Shown: positions 26,818-36,546, counted from the stretch's first letter. The stretch: 64,000 bases of DNA from Thermodesulfobacteriota bacterium (GCA_040755455.1 JBFMAY010000002.1:151556-215555); one strand, 5' to 3'. Notes: generated by a model not told the origin, from the sequence alone. A program made the numbers and translations.

Positions 26818-27777
26818 TTAGAAATGGACAAACCAGCGGACATAGACGTAATCGGGGTAAGCGCCATAGACATCCCGGCTGCTGCCGTGATAGAGAAAGG
26901 CCCCGGCGCTCACCGTCATCTCATCACCGGCGCTGTATTCCACCGACGGGCTGACAAAAAAGGATTGATCGTTGAGACTTTGCACGACAAGGCAGTAGAC
27001 GGTCCACAGGATCCGCGGCTGGAAACTGATGCTCACCGCCAGGTCATCGCTTTGCGTCTCATCGCTGAAGCGGTATTCACCTAACACGGTAAGCGAATTG
27101 GCAAAACCATATTCCGCCCCGGCAATGAAGTCGGTGTGGCGGTTGCCGGTGGCGTCATCATGAAAGCTGCCGCCTTCGCTGCGCAGCTCGATGCCGGTGG
27201 CAAAAAGCTCCCCTTCCACCTCCCAGCCGATGATGTCCAGCCCCGCCTCATTGTCATAGAGGCCGACCAGGGCCACATCGGCAAAATCCAGATAGCCCTT
27301 GATACGGGCCTCCCCCTTGTCCCGGGACAGGGTGCAATCAAAGCCGGCCAGCCGGCTCACGGCATACTCATAGCGCAGGGCCTCGGTGCCCGGCCGCTCC
27401 TGCGGTTCCACGGACTGGGAATTAATGGGGTTGAAGATGTCGATGGGGTTCCACACCCGGCCGACGCCGAGCGGAATGCGCTGGCGGCCGATGGTCCAGA
27501 AATGGGTTTCGCCGCGGTACTCCAGGTAGCCGCGATAGATTGAGGTGTCGTCACGCAGGCTGGATGGCCGCTCGATATAGGCCGCCTCATTGTCGATGAT
27601 GAGCCGCGCGGCAAAGGCCTCGTACTGCTCATGCTGGACGGTGATGTCGGCCCGCAGCCGGTTGTAGTCGACAAAATGGGCATCCTCGGCAAACCCCACG
27701 ATATTGGTGTTTTCCAGGGCATAGTCCGGGATCAGGGCCAGCAGTCCTGCTGCGGCCATGCTAGCCAGGAAACTCAT
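26818..27777 (-). CDS. Probable outer-membrane beta-barrel protein
   Basis: Signal peptide; IGRQRIPLGVGRVWNPIDIFNP; alternating aromatic strands; C-terminal Phe (VYVRWFVHF); start uncertain. Confidence 0.7.
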   Translation of the reverse strand: MSFLASMAAAGLLALIPDYALENTNIVGFAEDAHFVDYNRLRADITVQHEQYEAFAARLIIDNEAAYIERPSSLRDDTSIYRGYLEYRGETHFWTIGRQRIPLGVGRVWNPIDIFNPINSQSVEPQERPGTEALRYEYAVSRLAGFDCTLSRDKGEARIKGYLDFADVALVGLYDNEAGLDIIGWEVEGELFATGIELRSEGGSFHDDATGNRHTDFIAGAEYGFANSLTVLGEYRFSDETQSDDLAVSISFQPRILWTVYCLVVQSLNDQSFFVSPSVEYSAGDEMTVSAGAFLYHGSSRDVYGAYPDYVYVRWFVHF

Positions 27778-28456
27778 CCGCCGCCACCTCACCGTCTTTG
27801 AGCAGGATGGAATGTTTCGCCTTGCCGATCACCAGGGGATCATGGGAGGAGAAGATAATGGTGATCCCCTCGTCCTCATTTAACGCCTGCATCATGTCCA
27901 TGAGGCCGGTGGCACTCCTTGAATCAAGATTGGCGGTGGGCTCATCGGCTAAAATGAGCTTGGGCCGGGAGGCAACGGCCCGGGCCACGGCCACCCGCTG
28001 CTGCTGCCCGCCGGAAAGTTCCCCCGGCAACTTGTCGAGCAGCTCGGCAATGCCCAGCTTCTCGGCCACCTCGCGGCTGCGCTGCTCGCATTCCCCGCGG
28101 CTGCGGCCCTGCAGCTGCATGACATACTCGATATTTTCCCTGGCGGTCAGCACCGGGAGGAGGTTATAGGCCTGGAAGACAAAACCGATATGGTCCCGCC
28201 GCAGCCGGGAAAGAAACTTCTCCTCCACCCCGGTGATTTTCTCGCCGTCAAGCAGCACCTCGCCGGTGGTTGGGCTGTCCAGGCCGCCCATGATGTTCAG
28301 CAGGGTGGTCTTGCCGCTGCCGGACGGCCCGTGAATGACCACGAATTCCCCCCGGTTGAAGGTGAGGCTGATATCGACCAGGGCACGCACCTGCACCTCC
28401 CGGCCGGGATGAAATATCTTGCTGATCTTTTGCACGTCAAGGAAGGGTTGGGTCAT
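27761..28456 (-). CDS. ABC transporter ATP-binding protein (LolD/MacB-type)
   Basis: GPSGSGKTT, LSGGQQQRVAVAR, LADEPTANLD, SSHD. Confidence 0.95.
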   Translation of the reverse strand: MTQPFLDVQKISKIFHPGREVQVRALVDISLTFNRGEFVVIHGPSGSGKTTLLNIMGGLDSPTTGEVLLDGEKITGVEEKFLSRLRRDHIGFVFQAYNLLPVLTARENIEYVMQLQGRSRGECEQRSREVAEKLGIAELLDKLPGELSGGQQQRVAVARAVASRPKLILADEPTANLDSRSATGLMDMMQALNEDEGITIIFSSHDPLVIGKAKHSILLKDGEVAADEFPG

Positions 28457-28501
28457 AATGTATATCCAATGTCATTGGGCATCGCAGGGATAGTTCGCAT
28501 A

Positions 28502-28743
28502 TTAATGATAGAGGTTGGGCATAACGATAAATTCATGCAATGTGATGTTTGCAAAACGATCAACCAATCCCAGCCATTGTTGAGCAACCATTCTGCCGGC
28601 ATCATTTACAATCATCGCCCATTGTCGATTTTGCCGAACAAATGCAGATAATTTCTGGTGCACATGGTGATAAAATACATTCCCCTCCGTAAATAATTAT
28701 ACCGTATTGAACGGCGGTGATGGATATCGGGGTTGTATTGCAT
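28502..28743 (-). pseudogene. Frameshifted, truncated REP-associated tyrosine transposase (RAYT, IS200-like Y1 family) relic
   Basis: Manual translation: 28743-28612 MQYNPDIHHRRSIRYNYLRRGMYFITMCTRNYLHLFGKIDNGR*, then in another frame 28615-28502 MIVNDAGRMVAQQWLGLVDRFANITLHEFIVMPNLYH*; matches the RAYT N-terminus pattern HHRRSIR..Y.Y...G.YFITICT.....LFG.I..G.M.LNDAG......W......F....L.EF.VMPNH.H. Confidence 0.85.
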
Positions 28744-28751
28744 AGCCCCCC

Positions 28752-29975
28752 TTACACCCGGTTGATCGCCTCAACGGGGTTGGCCTTTTTCAACAGATGC
28801 AGGGGAAACAGCACGCTGACAAAGGTGGCCAGCATAACCGCGATAAAGGCGGTGATAAAATACTGGGCGCGGATGACGGCATGGGTGATGACGTCCATGC
28901 CGAACTCCTCCAGGCCATGGCTGAAGATGGTCAGATCAAGGCCCTGCTGGTAAAAATAAAGCAGGGTCGCGCCGCCCGAGAGCGAGCCGGCCACAAAACC
29001 CGTGAAGCCCAGGATGAATGATTCGGTGAAAATGATGCCGCGCACCTGGGCAAAGGAGGTGCCGATGGCCAGCATGATGCCGAATTCCCGCAATCGCTCA
29101 AGCACCGACACCAGCATCACCCCGAAGATGCCCAGGCCGGCCACGCCGAAGATCAGCACGCTCATGATCAGATTAAAACCCTTCATCATCACCCGGCCCT
29201 GCATGAGGGCCGGATAGAGTTCATCCCAGCGCAGTATCTGCAAGGTGCCGAAATGCTGACGCAGGCTCTGCTGCACCGCCGGGATATCCTTTTCCGCCTG
29301 GACAATGACGCTGATCTGGCTCACGCCCTCCGGGGTGGCAAACAGCTCCCTGGCCTTGTCCATGGCGATGAAAACCGCGGATTCGTCCAGGGCCATGTTG
29401 TTGGTGCGCACAATGCCGCTAATGGTGAGCGCCACGGCCGCCACCTCATGGGCGCTGTTCTGGGCCGAGACAATGAGTTTCCTGCCGATCTTCACCTTGA
29501 GCTTTTCCGCCAGCCTCGCCCCGACGAGCACGCCCTTGTTTTTTGCGCCAAAGCCGTACTCCCCCTCGATCAGATAACCGTCAAGCCGGCCGTGGCTCTT
29601 TTCCGCGGCCAGGTCAATCCCGTAGATCATCACGTTGCGGGAATAATGGGCCGTGGCCGCCAGCCCCTCCTGGCGCAGGCGAGACACATGGCTTTTCACC
29701 CGGGGATCATTGGCAAGGAGTTCGGTGATATCCCCATCCCGGCTGATTAGCCGGTGCAGACCGGGGTCCTCCCGAAAGCCTGCGGCAAAAAGGGAGAGCT
29801 GCCCGGAATCGCTGCGGATGGCATTGCCGATCATCTGTTCGGTCATGCCGTCATAGATGCCTTCCATGAAGAGCAGGCCCCACAGGCTCATACTGATCAT
29901 CACCACCACCAGCACCGAGCGGGAGGCGCGGCGGGCCAGGGACGCCCAGGCGATGCGGCAGGAGGTTCTAAACAT
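28752..29975 (-). CDS. ABC transporter permease (FtsX/LolE/MacB-type), copy 2
   Basis: N-terminal TM, large periplasmic domain, VSVLERLREFGIMLAIG; start ATG 29975 overlaps the upstream stop. Confidence 0.92.
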   Translation of the reverse strand: MFRTSCRIAWASLARRASRSVLVVVMISMSLWGLLFMEGIYDGMTEQMIGNAIRSDSGQLSLFAAGFREDPGLHRLISRDGDITELLANDPRVKSHVSRLRQEGLAATAHYSRNVMIYGIDLAAEKSHGRLDGYLIEGEYGFGAKNKGVLVGARLAEKLKVKIGRKLIVSAQNSAHEVAAVALTISGIVRTNNMALDESAVFIAMDKARELFATPEGVSQISVIVQAEKDIPAVQQSLRQHFGTLQILRWDELYPALMQGRVMMKGFNLIMSVLIFGVAGLGIFGVMLVSVLERLREFGIMLAIGTSFAQVRGIIFTESFILGFTGFVAGSLSGGATLLYFYQQGLDLTIFSHGLEEFGMDVITHAVIRAQYFITAFIAVMLATFVSVLFPLHLLKKANPVEAINRV

Positions 29976-31188
29976 GATGGATCGCCTCGATGGGCCGGAA
30001 ATTGTTGACCTTGCAGATGGGGTACAGGGTGGCACTCACCGACAGCACGAACATGATGGCCATGTCGCGCATGATGACCAGCGGGGCAAAATCGGTGGGC
30101 ATGGCGGTGAGCGCCAGGCCATACTGCTTGAACTGCTCCTCAAAGCCCGAAAAAACAATGGGATGGATATGGAAATAATAGGCAAGGCTGCCGCCGATCA
30201 CGCCCCCCAAGAGGACGCTGACCAGGCCCAGCAGGACGCTTTCCAGCAGCAGCATGGCGAGCACCTGGCCGGGCGTGGTGCCCACCGCCCGCAGGATGCC
30301 GATTTCCCGCACCCGGGCATAGATGACGAGCAGGGTATAGATCATCACCACAAAAAAAATGACGATAAAGATAATGGCCAGGGTGATGTAGCCGAAGATG
30401 GAGTCCACCCGCATGGCCTGAACCAGCCCGGCCATGGTCTGCTGCCAGGCTGCCGCCTCGTAGTCAGGGCCCAGGCGGGCGCCTATGGCCGCGGCCAGGG
30501 TCTCGGCTTCCTCCGGCCGGACCGGCTGCACGATGAAATGGGTGGCGTAATTTTGCGCGGCCATCACCCGGTCGAAATAGGGCTTGGCCACAAAGGAGGC
30601 CCGTGAATCAAAATCAAAGAGCCCGGTCTGAAAGATACCCTTTACCGTCAGGTTGTCGGCGGCAAAGGAATAATCGGCGCCGGTGCCGACAAAGGCCAGC
30701 TGGTCCCCCACCCCCACCTTGAGCCGCCTGGCCAGTTCGCTGCCCAGGTACACCCGGGCATCATCAGCGGATGTCAGGTAGCTGCCCTGCTTGAGGGAGG
30801 CGGCCAGCCGGGAAATGCCCATCTCCTTTTCCGGCTCAATGGCGGTGAGCATGCCGCCCACCGCCTTGTCTGCCGAGGAAAAAAGGACATAGGATTCAAA
30901 ACGGGCGGCAAAAACCGCGATGCCGGGGAAATCACGCAGACTGGCGCTCACCTGCCCGGCCTCAAAGATCAGGTTCTCCAGGCTCGGGTTGTCCCGGAAA
31001 TCCCGCTGGGTGATCTGCAGGTAGCCAGGATAGATCTCCACGCTGCTCTGGATCAGGCGGGCATGGGAGCCGTCCATGTAAGCCGTGGCAAAGACCAGCA
31101 GGGCCGTGGTGCAGGCCAGCAGAACCACCGTGATGATGCTGCGTTTGCCGTAGGCGAAGATGTTTCTGACCGCGATTTTAAAAAACAT
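29968..31188 (-). CDS. ABC transporter permease (FtsX/LolE/MacB-type), copy 1
   Basis: KIAVRNI, RVREIGILRAVG, PIEAI. Confidence 0.92.
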   Translation of the reverse strand: MFFKIAVRNIFAYGKRSIITVVLLACTTALLVFATAYMDGSHARLIQSSVEIYPGYLQITQRDFRDNPSLENLIFEAGQVSASLRDFPGIAVFAARFESYVLFSSADKAVGGMLTAIEPEKEMGISRLAASLKQGSYLTSADDARVYLGSELARRLKVGVGDQLAFVGTGADYSFAADNLTVKGIFQTGLFDFDSRASFVAKPYFDRVMAAQNYATHFIVQPVRPEEAETLAAAIGARLGPDYEAAAWQQTMAGLVQAMRVDSIFGYITLAIIFIVIFFVVMIYTLLVIYARVREIGILRAVGTTPGQVLAMLLLESVLLGLVSVLLGGVIGGSLAYYFHIHPIVFSGFEEQFKQYGLALTAMPTDFAPLVIMRDMAIMFVLSVSATLYPICKVNNFRPIEAIHHV

Positions 31189-31193
31189 GGTTC

Positions 31194-31273
31194 AGCGTTC
31201 CAACGATCAAACGTTTAAGCGATCAAGCGTTTCAGCGTTCCAACGTTTGAGCGTTGAAACGCTGGAACGTTCT
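31194..31273. repeat. Degenerate tandem octamer array (10 x 8 bp, consensus A[AG]CG.T..), self-complementary
   Basis: agcgttcc aacgatca aacgttta agcgatca agcgtttc agcgttcc aacgtttg agcgttga aacgctgg aacgttct. Confidence 0.9.
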
Positions 31274-31275
31274 CC

Positions 31276-32022
31276 TTAATCCGAAAAGCGCTGCAGGGCC
31301 CGCTTGCTGAAATACTCCTCAGCGATTGGTACGTCAAAGGCCGCCTCGGTTATTTCGATGATGGTCCGGTTGCCCGCCTTTTCCGGATCATGGGGGATCA
31401 TCACCCAGCGGGAGGGATAGAGGCGGTCGCCCAGCTGTTTCACCTCGGTGTACTGCAGGGTGCGCACCAGCAACCCCTCTTCATCAAAATAGCGGACGCT
31501 TTTCGGCAGCAGCTCCTTTTGCGCCACCTCCATGACCAGCCGGCCCCACACCACCGCAGCCTCGGGCCGGGGCAGCAGTTCAATCTCATAGCTATCGACA
31601 TTCTCGGTGGTGATCCTGGCTTCATAATCCCGGCTGATGGAGCTTTCCCGCACCAGGTCGTCATTGGTGAAATCGGTGCCCATCCAGCTCTGCAGCATCA
31701 TGGAGGCGGGGATCTTGATGATCTTTTCAATGCGCGGCACATACTGCCACATGGCATCGTCAATCTTGAGAAAGGTGATGCCGTAATCCTTGCCCGGATA
31801 GGTGATCTTGATGAAGCTTTTCTCGTTGCCCACAGAATAGCTGTCCATCTTCATGGTGCGGGTGGCGCGGCTGGTGGTGATGATCATGGAGATCTTGAGC
31901 ACGGCGGTTTTGCCGTTTAAACGCTCCTCCACCTTTTTGATGATCTCCCGGGCGTCATCCGCCGCCGGCAGCGAGGTGGGCAGGAGGCAGAGGCAGCACA
32001 AAAAAAAGGCACGGGTCATCAT
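31276..32022 (-). CDS. Outer-membrane lipoprotein-sorting protein (LolA-like fold)
   Basis: Signal peptide; GITFLK..MWQYVP, SMMLQSWMGTDFTNDDL, FSKRAL; start 32022 or 32070. Confidence 0.88.
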   Translation of the reverse strand: MMTRAFFLCCLCLLPTSLPAADDAREIIKKVEERLNGKTAVLKISMIITTSRATRTMKMDSYSVGNEKSFIKITYPGKDYGITFLKIDDAMWQYVPRIEKIIKIPASMMLQSWMGTDFTNDDLVRESSISRDYEARITTENVDSYEIELLPRPEAAVVWGRLVMEVAQKELLPKSVRYFDEEGLLVRTLQYTEVKQLGDRLYPSRWVMIPHDPEKAGNRTIIEITEAAFDVPIAEEYFSKRALQRFSD

Positions 32023-32113
32023 GAAAAATGATGCGGCCCGTGCCCTCTTGCTCTGCGTTGTCAGGTTCATCAGAATATAACACCTGAAAAACAGCAGCCT
32101 GTCAACCCCAATG

Positions 32114-33409
32114 CTAATGCTTGAAGGAGCGCTGGCCGGTGAATTTCATAGCCACCTGGGGATTGGCCTCGTTGCATGCCTCAATGGTTTCGAAATCCCG
32201 CATGGAGCCGCCCGCCTGCAGGATGGCGCCCACCCCCTGGCGGATACCCACATCGGCCCCGTCGCGATACGGGAAAAAGGCATCGGAGATCATCACCGAA
32301 CCGGGCAGGCCGGCCCGGTCCTTTTTGGTCTGGCTGTCAATGGCCTCCTGGTCCGCCTTGTCGCGCTTGCCCTGCTCGATCTGCAGCACCATGTCGGCAT
32401 AGGGGATACCCAGCTTGTCAAAGCAGAGAATATCGGCATACTTGATATAGGCCTTGTGCACGGCGATCTCGGCCACGCCCACCCGGTCCTGCTCGCCGGT
32501 GCCGATGCCCACGGTGCAGCCGTCCTTCACATAAATAACGGAGTTTGAGGTCACGCCATGCTCCACGGCCCAGCCGAACAGCATGTCGTCAATTTCGGCG
32601 GCGGTGGGCTGGCGCTCACAGCGGTATTCCTTGCCCTTATAGGTGGTGACCGCGTCTTTGAGATGCTCGGGTTTGCGGATGGAGTTGACCGCGGACTGCT
32701 GGGCGATGATGCCGCCGTCGATCAGACTCTTGAAATCAACGAAACGGAATTTTTCAAAGTCGGCCAGCCGGTCGATGCGGGCCATCTTGATCACCCGCAG
32801 GTTCTTGCGGGCCTTGAGGATATCCAGCGTCCCCTCCTCAAAATCCGGGGCGCACACCACCTCCAGATAGTTGCCGCTGAGCAGCTCTGCCGTGGCCTTG
32901 TCAATGGGCCGGCTCATGATCACGGCCCCGCCGAAGGCGGCGATGCGGTCGGCCCGGTTGGCCCGGTTATAAGCGTCGGCCAGGGTCTTGCCGTAGGCCG
33001 CGCCGCAGGGGTTGTTATGCTTGAGGATGACGGCCGCCGGCCGGTCCATGAGATATTTGAGGATATTGAGACCGTTGTCGATGTCGGTGAGATTGATCTT
33101 GCCCGGATGTTTTCCCACCTGCAGCATGTCCTCCACGCTGATACCGCTGACCAGGCCGTTGCCCGGTTCGATAAATTTGCAGTCGCCCAGCATCAGGTTG
33201 CCGTTGACCAGCTCGTAGAGGGCGGCCTCCTGGTCCGGGTTCTCGCCGTAGCGCACCCCTCGCTCATCAATGGTGCCGTCCTCCATGGGGATCTTCCAGG
33301 TCCTCTTGCGATAAACCAGGGTCTGATCGCCAAAGGAAATCTTCATCTCCATGGGGAAATGATCGCCTAAAATCGTTGTGTACATCTTTTTCAAATCCTG
33401 TGCAGCCAT
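32114..33409 (-). CDS. PurH-family AICAR transformylase domain protein lacking the N-terminal MGS-like IMP cyclohydrolase domain
   Basis: RYGENPDQ near residue 53, KHNNPCG, AAFGG, SNSV, GEQDRV, SDAFFP, QAGGSMRD, terminal RSFKH. Confidence 0.85.
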   Translation of the reverse strand: MAAQDLKKMYTTILGDHFPMEMKISFGDQTLVYRKRTWKIPMEDGTIDERGVRYGENPDQEAALYELVNGNLMLGDCKFIEPGNGLVSGISVEDMLQVGKHPGKINLTDIDNGLNILKYLMDRPAAVILKHNNPCGAAYGKTLADAYNRANRADRIAAFGGAVIMSRPIDKATAELLSGNYLEVVCAPDFEEGTLDILKARKNLRVIKMARIDRLADFEKFRFVDFKSLIDGGIIAQQSAVNSIRKPEHLKDAVTTYKGKEYRCERQPTAAEIDDMLFGWAVEHGVTSNSVIYVKDGCTVGIGTGEQDRVGVAEIAVHKAYIKYADILCFDKLGIPYADMVLQIEQGKRDKADQEAIDSQTKKDRAGLPGSVMISDAFFPYRDGADVGIRQGVGAILQAGGSMRDFETIEACNEANPQVAMKFTGQRSFKH

Positions 33410-33424
33410 AGCTCTCCTCTCTCG

Positions 33425-34579
33425 TCATAAGGCAACGGACATGCCGTTGCCGCTGTCCTGTATCTGGAACGTTGCATCCCAGTCCTTGCGGACCGGGTCA
33501 TATCCTCTGCGGCAGATATCGGCGCACACCTCCTGCATGGAACGGTGATCGCCGACGGAAAATTGCTCGCCTGTCAGCTCCGGGTTGGCATAGCCGCCCG
33601 GCGCGGTGCAGGAGCCCGCGGAATAGCGGGTGGGGCCGAGACCCACCATGCCGTCCCGGAAGCGGGCCTCCTCCCGGGTTGACAGCAGAAGCCCCACATC
33701 CGGGTCAAAAATACGCAGGCTGAAAATCAGCTGGCTCAGCATGCGCTCATCCACTTTGACCAGCGGCTGAAAGCCGCCCTCCGCCGGCCGCAGGCGGGGA
33801 AAGGAAACGGTGAGCGCCGTGCGCCAGTAATGTTTGCGCAGCCAGGCCAGATGCAGGCCCAGGGCCAGACCCTCCAGCCGCCAGTCAGCCAGGCCCAGCA
33901 GCGCGCCGATGCCCACCTCACGCATGCCGGCGGCCGCGGCCCTGGCCGGGGTGGCCAGCCGGTAGTTGAAATCACATTTTTTGCCGCTATGGTGCACCTG
34001 GCTGTAAATCCCGCGGTCATAGGTCTCCTGGTAGACGGCCACGCTGGTGATGCCGGCGCTGAAAAGCCGGGCGTATTCATCCTCTGCCAGGGGCTGCACC
34101 TCGATGGAGATGGCGGCAAAGCGGTCGCGCAGCCGGGTAGCCAGCTCCGCCAGATATTCCACCCCCAGCCGGGCCGGGGCCTCGCCTGCCACCAGCAGAA
34201 TATGCTTGAAGCCCCTGCCGTGCAGAATCATGGCCTCCTGCTCGGCCTCCGCCATGGTAAGCACGCGGCGGTCTATCCTGTTGCCCGCGGAAAAGCCGCA
34301 GTAGGCACAGCGGTTAATACAGAAATTGGACAGATAGAGAGGGGCATAAATCTGGATGGTGCGGCCGAATCGCTTAGCGGTTATCCGGGCGGAATGGGCC
34401 GCCAGCTGCGGCAGCAGGCCGTCCGCCGCCGGCGACAGCAGGGCGGCAAGGCCGTGGATATCCAGCCGGTCGCTCCGCAGGGCGCGGTGCACCTCGGCTG
34501 GATGGCAATTTGCCGTCAATAGCTGCTGCAGTTGGCTAAAATCAGGTATGGTAAATTCTTCTAGGGTCATCTCTTCCAT
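33425..34579 (-). CDS. thiH: 2-iminoacetate synthase (radical SAM tyrosine lyase)
   Basis: YAPLYLSNFCINRCAYCGF, YQETY, SFPRLRP, STRE, GEQFSVGD; in the thi operon. Confidence 0.93.
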   Translation of the reverse strand: MEEMTLEEFTIPDFSQLQQLLTANCHPAEVHRALRSDRLDIHGLAALLSPAADGLLPQLAAHSARITAKRFGRTIQIYAPLYLSNFCINRCAYCGFSAGNRIDRRVLTMAEAEQEAMILHGRGFKHILLVAGEAPARLGVEYLAELATRLRDRFAAISIEVQPLAEDEYARLFSAGITSVAVYQETYDRGIYSQVHHSGKKCDFNYRLATPARAAAAGMREVGIGALLGLADWRLEGLALGLHLAWLRKHYWRTALTVSFPRLRPAEGGFQPLVKVDERMLSQLIFSLRIFDPDVGLLLSTREEARFRDGMVGLGPTRYSAGSCTAPGGYANPELTGEQFSVGDHRSMQEVCADICRRGYDPVRKDWDATFQIQDSGNGMSVAL

Positions 34580-34591
34580 CAACACGAGTTG

Positions 34592-35359
34592 TCAGCGCAG
34601 GAAATCAAGGCCTGTCTGCGGGGAAGAGGCGGCAGCCTCCGCGCGCCGCGCGCCAAGCCCCGCTTCAAAAGCCTCGCGGCCCGCCTCCACCGCCATGGCA
34701 AAGGCCCGGGCCATGCGCACCGGATCACCGGCCACGGCAATGGCCGTATTGACCAGCACCGCGTCGGCACCCATCTCCATGGCCTGGGCCGCATGGGAAG
34801 GGGCGCCGAGGCCCGCATCCACCACCACCGGCACCCTGGCCTGCTCAATGATAATGGCAATTTGAAAAGCGGTGAGAATGCCCTGATTGGTGCCGATGGG
34901 TGAGCCGAGCGGCATGACCGCCGCCGCGCCGGCATCCTGCAGCCGCAGGGCCAGCACCGGATCGGCGTTCATATAGGGCAAAACGATGAAGCCTTCCTTG
35001 ACCAGGATCTCGGTGGCCTTGAGGGTCTCCACCGGATCGGGCAGCAGGGTGCGCGGGTCCGGGGTCACCTCAAGTTTGAGCCAGTCCCCGCCGCCGGCGG
35101 CCCTGGCCAGCCTGGCCAGGCGCACCGCCTCGTGGGCGTCCCGCGCCCCGGAGGTGTTGGGCAGGAAGAGAAATTTCCTGCGGTCCAGGACACTCATGAT
35201 GTCATCCTCGGGATTGGCCAGGTCCACCCGGCGCAAGGCCACGGTGACCATCTCGCAACCTGAGGCCTCCAGGGCCTCTTTCATCACCTGTGGCGATGAG
35301 AACTTGCCCGTGCCGCCGAACAGCCGGGACCGGAAAGTCCTGCCGGCAATGGTTAACAT
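34592..35359 (-). CDS. thiG: Thiazole synthase
   Basis: [38 protein letters not shown]. Confidence 0.97.
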   Translation of the reverse strand: MLTIAGRTFRSRLFGGTGKFSSPQVMKEALEASGCEMVTVALRRVDLANPEDDIMSVLDRRKFLFLPNTSGARDAHEAVRLARLARAAGGGDWLKLEVTPDPRTLLPDPVETLKATEILVKEGFIVLPYMNADPVLALRLQDAGAAAVMPLGSPIGTNQGILTAFQIAIIIEQARVPVVVDAGLGAPSHAAQAMEMGADAVLVNTAIAVAGDPVRMARAFAMAVEAGREAFEAGLGARRAEAAASSPQTGLDFLR

Positions 35360-35360
35360 G

Positions 35361-35579
35361 TCAACCGCCTCCTACAAAACGTATCAATTCCAGCCTGGCG
35401 CCCTCGGTCAGCACGAAGGTCTCATACTCATCTCTTTTGATGATGACCCCGTCACATTCGACAAAAACCGTGTCAGGCTTGACGCCCAGCCCAGCGAGAA
35501 AGGCGACAAGGGTGGTGCCGGGCCGGATCTCTTTTTTTTCATCGTTACAGATTATCTGCATCATTCCTTCTGTGCTCAT
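35361..35579 (-). CDS. thiS: Sulfur carrier protein ThiS
   Basis: C-terminal FVGGG; between thiF and thiG; start may be 35564 or 35561. Confidence 0.93.
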   Translation of the reverse strand: MSTEGMMQIICNDEKKEIRPGTTLVAFLAGLGVKPDTVFVECDGVIIKRDEYETFVLTEGARLELIRFVGGG

Positions 35580-35594
35580 CAGCTCAATAGCTTA

Positions 35595-36230
35595 TCAACT
35601 CTCTTCATCCACCCCCAGCAACAGGCGCAGCACCTGGTTGGCCTGATGATGGGCGGCAATGCCCACCCTGGGCGCCATCAACCCCTGGTTGGGGCCGACC
35701 TCGGCCTCCGCGTCGCCCACCAGGTACACGCGGGGATAAATCCGGCGGGTGACAATGCGGTTATTGTCGCCGAAACCGGCCATGCCCGAGGCCCCCACAT
35801 AGCCGACCCCGGCAAGTCCCGTCAACGCGGCCCGCAGGGCGGCAGGCTTCATCACCGGATCGTCAAAGCATTCCACCAGCACGTCAACTCCCTTAAACAG
35901 CAGAGGAATGCGTTCTTCGCTCAGGCGTTCGGTAATGGTTTCCAGGCAGACGTAAGGATTGATCCGGAGAAGAGTGCCACGCAGAGCCACAGTTTTAGGC
36001 AAACCGATCTGATCGGCAAAATAATACTGCCGATTGAGATTGCTCAGTTCCACCACATCATAATCGGCAAGGAGCAACTTGCCAATACCTATTCTGACCA
36101 AAGCTACGGCAACAGCGGAGCCGAGTCCGCCCAGCCCCATGATCCCTACCACGCCCTGCTGGATGCGGGCCTGGATTGCCGCGCCGTGGCGCATGGCAAG
36201 CACATCCTCAATTTCCTTCCTGTCCGGCAC
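35595..36230 (-). CDS. thiF: ThiS adenylyltransferase ThiF
   Basis: GLGGLGS, DYDVVELSNLNRQ, AHHQAN; GTG start at 36230 after GGAGGAG SD. Confidence 0.92.
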   Translation of the reverse strand: MPDRKEIEDVLAMRHGAAIQARIQQGVVGIMGLGGLGSAVAVALVRIGIGKLLLADYDVVELSNLNRQYYFADQIGLPKTVALRGTLLRINPYVCLETITERLSEERIPLLFKGVDVLVECFDDPVMKPAALRAALTGLAGVGYVGASGMAGFGDNNRIVTRRIYPRVYLVGDAEAEVGPNQGLMAPRVGIAAHHQANQVLRLLLGVDEES

Positions 36231-36546
36231 CCTCTCCTCCAGCTTAAAACGAGATAGATAATACGCTGCCGCCGGAAAAGCGACCTGTTTATCATGCATT
36301 TTTGCATCGTTATACCAGGTTCTCGGCAAAATGCCAGTCAGGAAAATAACATGACCGCGCCTGGCGATGGCATAAAAATATCCTGTCGCCGGAAGTAGAC
36401 ACTTTTTACCTCTTGCCCCCCGTGCATTTGCTTGAACTTCCTTTATAGACATGATAAGTAGCATGGCGAAGCAAAAAAAATGGCCGTGTCTGTTCGCATC
36501 CTTCCGGGACACCGCCCACTGAAACCGCTGGGCTAAGGAGTACGAC

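Noticed and set aside
31194..31273. CRISPR array
   Set aside because: 8-bp period with no unique spacers and no cas genes
36231..36546. TPP riboswitch upstream of thiF
   Set aside because: No CUGAGA...ACCUGA core with the proper stems; the similar-looking ccgagaacctgg abuts a probable extended -10 (TGGTATAAC)
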